64,000 bases of DNA from an uncultured Bacteriovoracaceae bacterium (GTDB taxonomy: Bacteria; Bdellovibrionota; Bacteriovoracia; Bacteriovoracales; Bacteriovoracaceae): contig CALFYV010000090.1 in NCBI GenBank assembly GCA_937952395.1, forward strand, positions 97,408-161,407, read 5' to 3'. The translations under genes and the position numbers were made by a program. How positions within the stretch are numbered: the stretch's first letter is position 1; every line of letters starts with the position of its first letter. Of the stretch, positions 18,392-28,170 are shown one piece after another. The notes beneath the pieces are model-generated. The model saw only the letters and a program-made list of their open reading frames with translations. It had not been told where the DNA came from and did not search any database.

Positions 18392-18425
18392 ACGTAGATA
18401 ACTTTTTTAACTGGAGTAACGTATT

Positions 18426-19379
18426 ATGAGTTTGGATATTCAAGGATTAATGGAAGACGCTGAGCGTCTGAGTAAGGAAAATAATTCAAGTGACTTTCTA
18501 GAGAACTTTGTTAAATTTCCTTCTGATGGCGGTGTTGTGGTTGTGAGATTGCTCGGGCCTGCTAGCCCTGGAATGTTTGACAACAAAACAAACCCCTTCT
18601 ATCAAAGCACTCGTATTCACCGAGTCAATGGAAAAAGCCTTCATTGTTTGAAGACTTTAAATAACAACAAATGGGAAGGAGATTGTCCTATTTGTCTTTA
18701 TTACAATTGGCTTTGGAAAGAAAGCGAGACAAAAGACCCTGCCGAGGCCGAAAAGCTGCAAAATCAGGCGAGAGCAATTAAGCCTATTGAGCGTTATTAC
18801 TTTAATTGTATTGTCCGCAAAGAAGTCGATGAAAAGACAAATGAAGTCCGTGAAAATGTGGGGCCAAAGATTTTAAGTATCGGCAAGACACTTCTAAAGA
18901 AAATTATCACCGGAATTGTTGGTGATAAAGAAATGGAAGAGCCTGCTTTGGGCGATGTCACCGATTTTAAAACTGGACGGGACTTCAAGATTATCAAGAC
19001 TATCCGTCAATCTCATGGAAGATCATTCCCAAATTATGATCAATCGAAGTTCTTAGAGCCAAGCCCGGTTGATCCTGATTTAGCCAAGAAGTGTATGGAG
19101 AATCTTCATAATCTAGTTACGCTTCGTCATCCACCTGAGACTGAAGAAGCTAAATTAGAATTGAAGAAGCATTTGGGTTTGATCCCCGATACAGAGGGAA
19201 CATCGTTTGATCCTACTGAGTTTCAAACAGATACCAGCACAAGTGTGAGTGTTGAAAAAGATGTTCCATCTGAAAAAACCGAAGCTCCTGTTTCGGAGTC
19301 TAAGGTTGAATCTTCAACTGCTGTTGAGGAGCTTGAAGATGATGATGATTTCATCAACAAGTTGCGTGAGATAGGTTAA
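18426..19379 (+). CDS. gp32-like single-stranded DNA-binding protein
   Basis: Cys/His cluster (HCLKT...CPICLYYNW) and an acidic C-terminal tail (EELEDDDDF), the same layout as T4 gp32. Confidence 0.65.
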   Translation: MSLDIQGLMEDAERLSKENNSSDFLENFVKFPSDGGVVVVRLLGPASPGMFDNKTNPFYQSTRIHRVNGKSLHCLKTLNNNKWEGDCPICLYYNWLWKESETKDPAEAEKLQNQARAIKPIERYYFNCIVRKEVDEKTNEVRENVGPKILSIGKTLLKKIITGIVGDKEMEEPALGDVTDFKTGRDFKIIKTIRQSHGRSFPNYDQSKFLEPSPVDPDLAKKCMENLHNLVTLRHPPETEEAKLELKKHLGLIPDTEGTSFDPTEFQTDTSTSVSVEKDVPSEKTEAPVSESKVESSTAVEELEDDDDFINKLREIG

Positions 19380-19397
19380 TCTTGATTTCAATAAAAG

Positions 19398-19434
19398 AAT
19401 CTCATATGGCCTTGTGCTATATGAGATTTTTTTA
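19398..19434 (+). terminator. Rho-independent terminator
   Basis: 10-bp stem (AATCTCATAT / ATATGAGATT) followed by a T-run. Confidence 0.65.
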
Positions 19435-19466
19435 TATACTTTTGACATAACAAAAAGGAAAATATA

Positions 19467-20654
19467 ATGGCAAAGAGCAAACAAAAGAGTTTATTGGATG
19501 ATATTCAAAAAGAAACAGGTGGTCAGAGTTTAAAATTGGCAGGAGAGGTTCCTTATTACATTAATACAGGAAACCTAAGTTTAAATTATATTTGTTCGGG
19601 CAAATTTATCACAGGAGGCATCCCAGGGGGAAGAATTACTGAGTGTTATGGCCCACCAGCCTCAGCTAAATCTTTATGGGGTTATTCTTGTTTAGGTAGT
19701 GTTCAAAGAATTGGCGGTATTGGTGTTTTACTAGATTGCGAACGTGCATCGGGTGCTGAATTCGCAAGCACTGCTGGTCACGTTAATTGTGATGAATTAA
19801 TTGTTTATGAACCTAATTGTTATGAGCATTTAGAAGCCAAAGTGAAAGTTGCTACTAAAGCTATTCGTAAACATTATGGGCTTGATAAGCCAATTCTTTT
19901 TGTTTTGGATTCAATTGGCGTGGTGTCATGTGAAAGAGAATGGAAGGAACTTGATCTTCCTGAAAATCCCACAGCTACAGACATTAAAAATGCTGGTGGA
20001 AACCAAAGGCCGGGCGAGCGAGCCAAAGCAGCGGGTGATTTTTTGCGAAAGATAAATCCGTTTTTGAATGAGCAAAATGCTACGATGTTTGTTATAAATC
20101 AGACTCGAAATGCCATTGGCGTAATGTTCGGCAGCCCAGAAATTCCTGCTGGCGGCGGCGAGGCTTTGAAGTTTTATGCGTCTTGTCGTTTGAGAACTTC
20201 TGTTGGAAAATACATTGAGACAAAAGGTGGCTTACCACTGGGCATCAATTTAAATTTTGCAAACAAGAAAAGCAGAAGCTTCATTCCAGGGTTGAAAACT
20301 ACTGGAGTACAGTTGTTTTTCCAAGAAGGTGTAAATCCTTTGGGAGGACTTTTATCCATTTTATTACAATCAGGACGTATTGAATTGTCTGGTCGTGGCC
20401 GTTATAAAGTCCTTGAGCCTTGGGCTGATGGTAAAGAATATGTGTTCACTTCTAGCCAAGCCAGAAATGATGTTCCTTTGGACCTGTTGTTGGAAACGCC
20501 AAAAGTTGTTGATGCGAAAAACCAAGAAGAGGTTTTAGAATGGCTAAAACCCTACGAGGGGGCCATTAAATTGGCAACTGGTGATGATTTGGTTGAAAAA
20601 CAAGCAGACGAAGACCCCGAGTTCATCAGCGAATTAAAATCTGAAGAAGAATAG
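19467..20654 (+). CDS. RecA-family recombinase
   Basis: Variant Walker A (GPPASAKS), and VINQTRNAIGVMFGSPEIPAGGGEALKFYASCRL, which matches the RecA L2 region. Confidence 0.85.
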   Translation: MAKSKQKSLLDDIQKETGGQSLKLAGEVPYYINTGNLSLNYICSGKFITGGIPGGRITECYGPPASAKSLWGYSCLGSVQRIGGIGVLLDCERASGAEFASTAGHVNCDELIVYEPNCYEHLEAKVKVATKAIRKHYGLDKPILFVLDSIGVVSCEREWKELDLPENPTATDIKNAGGNQRPGERAKAAGDFLRKINPFLNEQNATMFVINQTRNAIGVMFGSPEIPAGGGEALKFYASCRLRTSVGKYIETKGGLPLGINLNFANKKSRSFIPGLKTTGVQLFFQEGVNPLGGLLSILLQSGRIELSGRGRYKVLEPWADGKEYVFTSSQARNDVPLDLLLETPKVVDAKNQEEVLEWLKPYEGAIKLATGDDLVEKQADEDPEFISELKSEEE

Positions 20655-20678
20655 TCGTTTTTCAAAGTTGAAAAATGG

Positions 20679-20927
20679 TTAATTGCGGTTGCGTTTTCTG
20701 GGCTTTTTTCGTTCAATGAGTTCAAACTTTGCCCGCTTGCATGATTGTTCTGTTGTTACAGCCTCGGCCAGCGAGGTTAGATCAAGAATTTCTCCGTCCT
20801 GGAGTTTTACTGTAGAGATTTCACAATTAAAGCTATTTGCGAATTCTAGCAATTTGCTATAATTCCTTTTGGGAGTGAAGAACTTTTTCTTATCAGGTGT
20901 TTCTAGCATTAGGCATTCTTTTTTCAT
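20679..20927 (-). CDS. Hypothetical protein
   Basis: 82-aa ORF, convergent with the recombinase. Confidence 0.5.
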   Translation of the reverse strand: MKKECLMLETPDKKKFFTPKRNYSKLLEFANSFNCEISTVKLQDGEILDLTSLAEAVTTEQSCKRAKFELIERKKPRKRNRN

Positions 20928-20980
20928 AATTGCTCCTTTTTAGTTCAACATTTATTATACACAATTTGAGGCAAAAAAAC

Positions 20981-22048
20981 ATGGATTCTGCTAAAATTTT
21001 ATCATTTAGTTATGATCGACGGTTTGGGGTTGAAATGGAGATGAATGCCTTTGATCTCCGGGATTTTAAAACCCATCCGTTGAACAATAAAAACCATGAA
21101 ATGCCTGAAGGTATTTTAGAAGTAGCCAATCATATTCATACAATGACTGGTAATAATGTCGAGGTTAAAGGGTGGCATTCTACCCACAACAATAAAAATT
21201 GGGTTATAAAACCAGATAGTAGTTGTGGTATGGAATTGTGTTCTCCTGTTTCTAAAGGTTGGCCCGGTCTTAAAAATATTTGTCAAGTAGCCGAATCTTT
21301 ACGTTCATTAAGATGCTTGTCTATCGACGACAGATGCAGCTTGCATTTACATGTAGATGTTGCTGATTGCGACCGTAAACAAATTGCTAACATTTTAACC
21401 TATTGGGTTAAATGTGAGAGTGTGTTTTTGGACTCCGTGCCAAACTATCGTAAAAGAAATCAGTTTTGTCAATGTATTGGCATGACTGATTTATTCGATG
21501 TGAACACTCCTTGGAATTCTGATCAAATTATTAGAGCCCTTGGTAATAATAAGTATTATACAGCCAATTGTTATCATTATTTTAAGAAAAGTGACTCAGG
21601 TAGAGCATCAATAGAATTTAGAATTATTGAAAACTATGGTTGTGTTGATCCTTATTTAATCAAAAACTGGATTCGTTTAATTGTTCACTTTGTGGAGTGT
21701 GCAAGAAAAGCTAGCATTCCTTCAGAATATATGCCACATGATCCTTGGTCTGGTTTCTGTTGGCTAGACCCAGAAGATGTAATGAGGTTTCTTGGATTTT
21801 TAGACAACAATCCTTTGTCTAAAGGTATGGAACAAACCAGAAATTGGTTTCTTGCTAGATTGTATAATAACATTTCCAGTAAAGAACGAGTAGAATTGCC
21901 AGGTTTGTGGTCAGAAACAGCCAGAAAAATTGCTAGAGAGCAGTTGTTTGGCATGATGAATGTATTGGGATTAGATAAAAATAATATTCAGGGTTTCTTA
22001 AAACCTGCAAATCGTGAATTGCTTTATTCTAATGAATATAAAAATTGA
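20981..22048 (+). CDS. Amidoligase-family (COOH-NH2 ligase) enzyme
   Basis: FGVEMEM, GMELCSPV, SLHLHVD and SIEFR segments match my recollection of the Amidoligase_2 pattern. Start set to the ATG at 20981. Confidence 0.65.
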   Translation: MDSAKILSFSYDRRFGVEMEMNAFDLRDFKTHPLNNKNHEMPEGILEVANHIHTMTGNNVEVKGWHSTHNNKNWVIKPDSSCGMELCSPVSKGWPGLKNICQVAESLRSLRCLSIDDRCSLHLHVDVADCDRKQIANILTYWVKCESVFLDSVPNYRKRNQFCQCIGMTDLFDVNTPWNSDQIIRALGNNKYYTANCYHYFKKSDSGRASIEFRIIENYGCVDPYLIKNWIRLIVHFVECARKASIPSEYMPHDPWSGFCWLDPEDVMRFLGFLDNNPLSKGMEQTRNWFLARLYNNISSKERVELPGLWSETARKIAREQLFGMMNVLGLDKNNIQGFLKPANRELLYSNEYKN

Positions 22049-22071
22049 TATATCGCTAGAATATATAATAT

Positions 22072-22530
22072 ATGAACAAGAAAATACCCTTAGAGCAACT
22101 AGTCGATGAAATGAAGATGATAGGAGATATGTTGACGCCATATAATTGGCCTCAAAATGATCCTATATTGGAAAATGATATTTCAGTTTTAAAAACTAGA
22201 AGTATAGACATCGATGGGTACTCTGTTCTTATTCACTTCAGCAGATCAGACTATGGAAGTCATTTCGTAGAAACCTTACAAGTTTTTGGCGATAAAGCTT
22301 CTTTTCTTCCATTTTGTTTAGTAGCAAAACTAGGCCAGAAATTTCTTGGTGGCCACAATCTTTATTTGGTTGAAATTATTCGAGACAATCGTAAAATTTA
22401 TTGTTGGACTGTTACTTTGGATAAAACGGGCAAGCCCATTAAACCACCTATTCCATTACAAACAACTGATTGTGAATATGATGGTTTAAGATACAATTAC
22501 ATGTATCCTTCGCAAGTAAATTTTCACTAA
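22072..22530 (+). CDS. Hypothetical protein
   Basis: 152-aa ORF. Confidence 0.55.
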   Translation: MNKKIPLEQLVDEMKMIGDMLTPYNWPQNDPILENDISVLKTRSIDIDGYSVLIHFSRSDYGSHFVETLQVFGDKASFLPFCLVAKLGQKFLGGHNLYLVEIIRDNRKIYCWTVTLDKTGKPIKPPIPLQTTDCEYDGLRYNYMYPSQVNFH

Positions 22531-22622
22531 TTTATTATACTGCTTTAATAGCATTTATCTTCAATTTTGTGTGTTATTTAAAAATATATAACATAACACA
22601 TCACCCTAATATTGGAGGGTCT

Positions 22623-22919
22623 ATGTCCCGCAAAGATAAGATACAACATTTGTTAATCTCGCACCTTTTGGAAGAGGGTTCAATTCAATTAAATCTCCCA
22701 GATGGAATGGAAATTGAATTGGGAATTTTAAAGGAAGATAAGTATGGCGATCTCGTAAAAACTAATGATTATGCCTGGATTATTGCCACACAAAGGGACA
22801 GAGAAGTTTCCATGGATTCTTATAATTTAGGCTTGAAATTCAATGATGAAAATGGTAAGATTATCGTCGAAGATGAAATTGAAATCAATGAAGGTATAAG
22901 ATCATTTAGTGTTATTTAA
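22623..22919 (+). CDS. Hypothetical protein
   Basis: GGAGGG lies upstream of the ATG at 22623 (MSRKDKIQHL). Confidence 0.5.
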   Translation: MSRKDKIQHLLISHLLEEGSIQLNLPDGMEIELGILKEDKYGDLVKTNDYAWIIATQRDREVSMDSYNLGLKFNDENGKIIVEDEIEINEGIRSFSVI

Positions 22920-23168
22920 TTCTGATGATTTTATAAATTGAAGCTGTCCGGATAAATCAAGGTATGCTTCAATTGTTATAAAGGTTTTCTTTGAATTTTG
23001 GAATTCAAACCATATTAAGAACTTGTCTTTTAAAGGTTCAAATCTAGAAACTGTAAGGTTGTTAGCTGTTTCGCTATAAAGTTTAACGAAGCGGAGTAGT
23101 TGTTTTATATCTAATATCTCAGCCCAATGGGCTACGAGAAGTTTCTCTAATTTTTCTTTATGTATCAT
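22902..23168 (-). CDS. Hypothetical protein
   Basis: Internal-start version (MIHKEKLEKLL) of the track ORF. The longer version would overlap the + strand gene. Confidence 0.4.
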   Translation of the reverse strand: MIHKEKLEKLLVAHWAEILDIKQLLRFVKLYSETANNLTVSRFEPLKDKFLIWFEFQNSKKTFITIEAYLDLSGQLQFIKSSELNNTK

Positions 23169-23178
23169 GAGGTGTATT

Positions 23179-23439
23179 ATGAAAAATGCCGATACTATGT
23201 TACAAGAGTATGTTAATCGTTTAAACGATGATGAATTAAAATTTCTTTTTGATAGATACTCGCAGCTTTTATGCGGAGACAGAGCAGAAATTTCAAACTT
23301 TTTATCTAAAAATAAAGAGATTGATCGCTGGTTGGGAACTGCCTCTGGTTCATTTGAATTTTTCAATATGGTTGATGAAATCGGTGAAATTGTAAAAGAA
23401 GTTCATGGTGTTCGTTTCAAAACTTTGGAGACTAAGTAA
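23179..23439 (+). CDS. Hypothetical protein
   Basis: ORF beginning MKNADTMLQEYV. Alternative ATG at 23167. Followed directly by the helicase. Confidence 0.5.
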   Translation: MKNADTMLQEYVNRLNDDELKFLFDRYSQLLCGDRAEISNFLSKNKEIDRWLGTASGSFEFFNMVDEIGEIVKEVHGVRFKTLETK

Positions 23440-23442
23440 AAT

Positions 23443-25473
23443 ATGTCATCGGTTATAAGATTGTCAGACCAACATGAGGTGGTCAAAACATCTAAATATC
23501 CTAAGTATGCTAAATTTCCTTTCGAATATTTCAATCCGGTTCAAAGCCGTATATTTGAAATATACGATCAGGAATGTAATATAATCATTTCAGCAGCGAC
23601 TTCGGCTGGTAAGACGGTAATGTCTGAAATGGTTGCTGCCCATCAATTGAGGAAGAATGGGGGTAAGATGATTTACCTTGCCCCCATGCGAGCTTTGGCT
23701 AAAGAAAAATATGATGATTGGACCGATCCATCTCATCATTTTTCTGATCTGAACATCGCCATCTGCACAGGCGATTATCGTTTAACCCCTCAAAGAAAGA
23801 AAGAACTAGAAGCTGCAAACATTATCATCTTAACTACAGAAATGGTAAATAGCCGGTGTAGAAATTATAAATCTGAACAAAATGATTGGCTCATCAAAGA
23901 TACTAAACTATGTATTTGTGACGAGGGTCATCTCCTCACTGTCCCAGGCCGAGGTGATCATGCTGAAGTGGGCATGATGAATCTCGCTACTCAAAACAAA
24001 AATATCAGATTTGTTGTTCTTTCTGCTACGATGCCTAATGTAGAAGAAATAGCAGAATGGGTTGGCGATGTTTTAACTAAAAAGAAAACATATTTAGTTG
24101 AATCTTCTTATCGTCCTTGTCCTTTGGGTGTGCATTATGAAATGTATGAAGATGTGGGTTTATATGAGCAACAGGAGCGTGAAAAAGTCAATGCTGCTGT
24201 CGATATTATCCACGACTATCCAGAGGATAAATTTTTACTTTTTGTTCACACAAAAAGAACGGGCGATCTTTTGAAAAAAGAGTTGAAAAATCTGGGTTTT
24301 ATAGCTGAGTTTCATAATGCTGACTTAGACAAATCTAAAAGAACTTCTTTAGAAAATAGGTTTAAAAAAGGTGATTTGAAATATTTAATTGCTACTAGTA
24401 CGGTGGCCTGGGGTTGCAACACTCCGGCCCGCCGAGTGGTAATTTTAGGCGTGCATAGAGGATTATCTGAAGTAGCGAATTATGATATTTTTCAGGAAGT
24501 AGGTCGATCAGGCCGTCCAGGCTATGATCCTCGTGGTGACGCTTACATTTTACTGCCCAAAAGTCAATTTGATAAGTATTATAATCAACTTAAAAAATCT
24601 GAATCTATTGAATCAAGATTGCTAGATAATGTAGGTGAACATTATAAAACCCTTGCTTTTCACTTGGTTAGTGAAATTCATCATGGAGGAATTAGGAATA
24701 GAAAAGATGTGTTGAGTTGGTATGAGAAAACACTCGCACACTTTCAAGCTAAAGGCTTAGATGATGATATTATTGATTCTACAATAGATTTGCTATTGCA
24801 GAGAGGTGCTATAAAAGAGGAAAATGGAACTTACAAAGCAACGACTGTTGGCGTTGTTTCGAGTATGTTTTACTATTCTCCTTTTGACGTAGCAGATTTA
24901 AGACGAAATTTCACCAATCTATTTAACAGAGGTAAAGAAGATGATGAATTACATTTGTCGATGGCTTTGGGAGATATCGATAGTCTTCGTATGGGAATTG
25001 TTAGTAAAGCCGAACGTGCAGAAATTGGGCCATTTTATTCTCGTGTACGTAGAGAGTATGGCCAAAATAATTTTTACGAAGCTGCTATCAAGGGTGGTTT
25101 TTGCTACTATTGCTCGTTAAATGGTAAAAATCCTGGGAATGTAGCCTCTACAGCCCGAACGCTTCAATGGGATTTTCCAAGGTTGGTTCAAGTATTACAT
25201 GCCTTGGATTCCATTGGATGTAAATGGGACAGAAAAGACTTTTTTGAAACTTTAGAGGCTCGTGTTTCTTATGGTGTTGAACCACATTTATTGCCATTTG
25301 TAAAATTACCAGGGATTGGAAAAGTACGAGCCGAAAGATTGTGGAGCGTTGGCATTAAAAGCTTACAAGCAATAGTAGCCGATCCAGATAGAGTGCGGAC
25401 AGTTTTGAATATGAAGTCTGAAAAAATAATGGAAATTGTCGAGGCTGCAAAGGGGCAGATATTATTGGGGTGA
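23443..25473 (+). CDS. Ski2/Hel308-like SF2 helicase
   Basis: SAATSAGKT, DEGH, SAT, VAWGCNTPA and GRSGRPG motifs. C-terminal HhH-like segment (LPGIGKVRAERL). Confidence 0.8.
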   Translation: MSSVIRLSDQHEVVKTSKYPKYAKFPFEYFNPVQSRIFEIYDQECNIIISAATSAGKTVMSEMVAAHQLRKNGGKMIYLAPMRALAKEKYDDWTDPSHHFSDLNIAICTGDYRLTPQRKKELEAANIIILTTEMVNSRCRNYKSEQNDWLIKDTKLCICDEGHLLTVPGRGDHAEVGMMNLATQNKNIRFVVLSATMPNVEEIAEWVGDVLTKKKTYLVESSYRPCPLGVHYEMYEDVGLYEQQEREKVNAAVDIIHDYPEDKFLLFVHTKRTGDLLKKELKNLGFIAEFHNADLDKSKRTSLENRFKKGDLKYLIATSTVAWGCNTPARRVVILGVHRGLSEVANYDIFQEVGRSGRPGYDPRGDAYILLPKSQFDKYYNQLKKSESIESRLLDNVGEHYKTLAFHLVSEIHHGGIRNRKDVLSWYEKTLAHFQAKGLDDDIIDSTIDLLLQRGAIKEENGTYKATTVGVVSSMFYYSPFDVADLRRNFTNLFNRGKEDDELHLSMALGDIDSLRMGIVSKAERAEIGPFYSRVRREYGQNNFYEAAIKGGFCYYCSLNGKNPGNVASTARTLQWDFPRLVQVLHALDSIGCKWDRKDFFETLEARVSYGVEPHLLPFVKLPGIGKVRAERLWSVGIKSLQAIVADPDRVRTVLNMKSEKIMEIVEAAKGQILLG

Positions 25474-25476
25474 TAT

Positions 25477-25707
25477 ATGAGTGATCGAAAACGAGTGATA
25501 TACAGAATACAATGGGTCAATAAAACCTGGAGATTGCAGGAAAACAGTCAAGACTTGCAGTTTTTTAATACAAAAGCAGGTGCTGTTTCATTCGGAAGAA
25601 CAAGAGCCAAGAGCAATAAACCTTCGCAGTTAGTTGTGCATAAAAGAGATGGTAAAATTCAAATAGAATATACTTATGGCAATGATCCTGAGAGATATAA
25701 AGGTTAA
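25477..25707 (+). CDS. Small protein, DUF2188-like
   Basis: 76 aa. FNTKAGAVSFGR...HKRDGKIQ resembles DUF2188 from memory. Weak call. Confidence 0.45.
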   Translation: MSDRKRVIYRIQWVNKTWRLQENSQDLQFFNTKAGAVSFGRTRAKSNKPSQLVVHKRDGKIQIEYTYGNDPERYKG

Positions 25708-25982
25708 TCATTAGGTTCTTTCCCAAAAAATCCAATAGGATATTCTACTTTAACTACCCCTTCTTTACATTTTTCGCCGGTTTCTGGGTCTTCTACCCAC
25801 CACTTAACTTCTTTTATTTCTTCTGCAATATCTTCTTGTTCGAAGATACAATAATCCTCTGGATCGGTCGGCGGATTAATTCTTTCTCCATTATGTAAAA
25901 CTACAACTCTACAATATTTTTCTTCCATATTGTAAAGTCGGCAGTTTTTACATTTTCTTTCAATTGGTTTCTTTTTTGCCAT
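25704..25982 (-). CDS. Hypothetical Cys-containing small protein
   Basis: 92-aa ORF with a CKNC...YC motif. Confidence 0.5.
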   Translation of the reverse strand: MAKKKPIERKCKNCRLYNMEEKYCRVVVLHNGERINPPTDPEDYCIFEQEDIAEEIKEVKWWVEDPETGEKCKEGVVKVEYPIGFFGKEPND

Positions 25983-26044
25983 AATGTCTATTTACTTATT
26001 TGTATGATTGTTTTATTATACCTAAAAGTAATTAGGAGTCCAAT

Positions 26045-26671
26045 ATGAAAGTAGTATGTTTATGCGGTCAATTACAAAATGGAAAAACAAAAGCCGCCGC
26101 ACACTTATCTGAGGTTTTTAATTGGCCAAAAGTATCTTTTGCTAAAAAAGTAAAGGAAATTTATTGTAATACTTTTGGCGTAGACTTGGATTTTGTTGAA
26201 AAGTGGAAAGTAATTAAAGAACCACCGCCGGGGTTTTTATTGCCGGTTAGGCAAAGTCTTCAATTTATTGGCGATGGTTTTCGTCAAATTGACCCTGATG
26301 TGTGGGTTCGGAATTGTTTTAAAGATAATAAGCCTCCTATGTTCATTGATGATGGTCGATATTTTAGTGAATTATTTAAGACATCTAAAGAAGGTGGTTT
26401 AAACGTCTTGGCTTGGCGTCCAGGATGGGAAAATGACGATCCCAACGGATCAGAAGCAGAAATAAGACCAGTGGTTGATTATTTTAATAGTTTAGGAGAT
26501 TTTGAAGGTGACACTAGTGAATTAAGTTTTCCTGCAACTAGTTTATCTAATTTACCCAAAGGCGTCCCTTATGTTCATTATTTCTTGAAAAATAATGGAA
26601 CCTTAGATGAGTTATATGAAAAAATTGATAGAGAATTAGTTCCTTTTATTCGGAAAAAATTTGATGAATGA
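26045..26671 (+). CDS. P-loop NTPase, possible dNMP kinase
   Basis: N-terminal CGQLQNGKT P-loop. The size and layout resemble phage deoxynucleotide monophosphate kinases. Confidence 0.45.
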   Translation: MKVVCLCGQLQNGKTKAAAHLSEVFNWPKVSFAKKVKEIYCNTFGVDLDFVEKWKVIKEPPPGFLLPVRQSLQFIGDGFRQIDPDVWVRNCFKDNKPPMFIDDGRYFSELFKTSKEGGLNVLAWRPGWENDDPNGSEAEIRPVVDYFNSLGDFEGDTSELSFPATSLSNLPKGVPYVHYFLKNNGTLDELYEKIDRELVPFIRKKFDE

Positions 26672-27095
26672 AAATCGAGTTTTTGTTCCCAAAAGTTGGG
26701 GATATGAGGATTGGATTGTCAACAGCCCATTATATTGTGGGAAACTGCTTTTTATAAAAAAAGAAAAACACACTAGTCTCCATTATCATAAATTAAAGAC
26801 TGAAACGCTTTATTTACACTCTGGCAGATTATGTGTTACTTACTATGATAACCCTCAATTTGATAGGGATTTTTTGTTTTGGGATCAATATTTGTTTCCT
26901 TGGGGCGAAAATCCTCCACGACAATATTTTGGATTAATTCAAATAATTATGGAACCTGGAGATTCTTTCCATGTGCCACAAGGTAGACGGCATACGTTGT
27001 TTGGTTTGCTAGATTGTCATTTATTTGAATTTTCCACTGAACATTTCGATGAAGACTCTTATAGAGTTTTGAAAGGGGTAACTACAAGTGTCTAA
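26661..27095 (+). CDS. Cupin-fold protein
   Basis: WGYEDWIV...HTSLHYHKLKTETLYL...GDSFHVPQGRRH matches the cupin two-motif pattern. Confidence 0.6.
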   Translation: MMNENRVFVPKSWGYEDWIVNSPLYCGKLLFIKKEKHTSLHYHKLKTETLYLHSGRLCVTYYDNPQFDRDFLFWDQYLFPWGENPPRQYFGLIQIIMEPGDSFHVPQGRRHTLFGLLDCHLFEFSTEHFDEDSYRVLKGVTTSV

Positions 27096-27264
27096 CTATT
27101 GGTTAAAAAAAGAAGAAAAATTTGAAAGAAAATTTCATTTTACATTGGATAAAATTAGAGAGCAAAGATTTGACTTGACAGCCCGATGTATGGCCTCAAT
27201 TGAAACACATCATTATCAGATGACATCTGCAAAGATGTTGCGTGAAATATTAAAAAGTATATAG
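27088..27264 (+). CDS. 58-aa protein, SNYWL family (below the ORF-track cutoff, GTG start)
   Basis: Hand translation gives VSNYWLKKEEKFERKFHF...LREILKSI. Overlaps the upstream stop. Confidence 0.45.
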   Translation: MSNYWLKKEEKFERKFHFTLDKIREQRFDLTARCMASIETHHYQMTSAKMLREILKSI

Positions 27265-27276
27265 GGAACCTGAAAT

Positions 27277-27807
27277 ATGCTTGAAAACGATCAAGAATAC
27301 TTAAAACATGCTTATATTGTAGCTGCTGTTGCGTCTACCGATCCTTCGACACAAAATGGAGCTATTTTAGTTAACCCCAATACAGGTCAAATAGTTGCTG
27401 ATGGTGCCAACCATTTCCCAGAAGGTGTTGAAGAAAAATCAGAAAGATGGGAAAGACCAATAAAATACAGTTACGTAGAACATGCAGAACGAAATTGTAT
27501 TTTCACGGCAGCTAGAAACGGTGTGGCTACTGAGGGATTAGTAATGTATTGTTGCTGGGCCGCTTGTGCGGATTGCTCTAGAGCAATAATTCAAGCAAGG
27601 ATATCAGAAGTTGTAACTCATTATAATCCAAACCCTCCTAGTGGAGAAAGGTTTGGTATGCCAGTCCATCCTCAATGGAAAGAATCTATTGAAGTTGCTC
27701 TAGGGATGATGAAAGAGGCTGGTGTAAAAATCCGTTGGATTGAGGATAAATTGTATCTTGATGAAGAACTGCAAATTCGGTTTAATGGAACTTTGGTAAC
27801 GCCATAA
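27277..27807 (+). CDS. dCMP deaminase
   Basis: Zinc motifs HAERN and the CWAACADC pattern. Confidence 0.85.
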   Translation: MLENDQEYLKHAYIVAAVASTDPSTQNGAILVNPNTGQIVADGANHFPEGVEEKSERWERPIKYSYVEHAERNCIFTAARNGVATEGLVMYCCWAACADCSRAIIQARISEVVTHYNPNPPSGERFGMPVHPQWKESIEVALGMMKEAGVKIRWIEDKLYLDEELQIRFNGTLVTP

Positions 27808-27816
27808 GGAATGCTA

Positions 27817-28092
27817 ATGTCTAATTATTGGTTGAGAGACCCTGAGCATAATTTATTGTTAAAAAAAGATTGGGAAATGGAGTTTTCTAAACTTCATAAT
27901 GATTTTTATGCATTTGTGATAGATTCTTTGTTTGAACATGAGAAGGATTTTGTAGAGAAAGCAATTACTTTCTTAGAGGAAAAAACAGGAAATTCTGCTT
28001 GGTACACTTATAGTTGGCGGCGTGAGAAAAACTCCCCAAGAACTCAGCAATTTAAGTTTGGGGCTAATTTATTAGATAAAGAATGGGGCTAA
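27817..28092 (+). CDS. Hypothetical protein, MSNYWL family, C-terminus truncated by a 25-nt duplication
   Basis: AAGGA lies 6 nt upstream of the ATG at 27817. N-terminus is MSNYWLRDPE. The stop lies inside the second repeat copy. Confidence 0.55.
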   Translation: MSNYWLRDPEHNLLLKKDWEMEFSKLHNDFYAFVIDSLFEHEKDFVEKAITFLEEKTGNSAWYTYSWRREKNSPRTQQFKFGANLLDKEWG

Positions 28093-28158
28093 TTTATTAG
28101 ATAAAGAAATAGTGTTTACGATTCAAAACAAAGATAGTGTTTATTATTTAAAACAAAG
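28060..28158. repeat. Two adjacent pairs of 25-nt tandem direct repeats
   Basis: 28060-28084 and 28085-28109 (GGGGCTAATTTATTAGATAAAGAA) share 24 identical nt, and only the 25th base differs (T/A). 28109-28133 and 28134-28158 (ATAGTGTTTA..ATT.AAAACAAAG) match at 22 of 25 nt. Confidence 0.85.
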
Positions 28159-28170
28159 AGAGATATAAAG

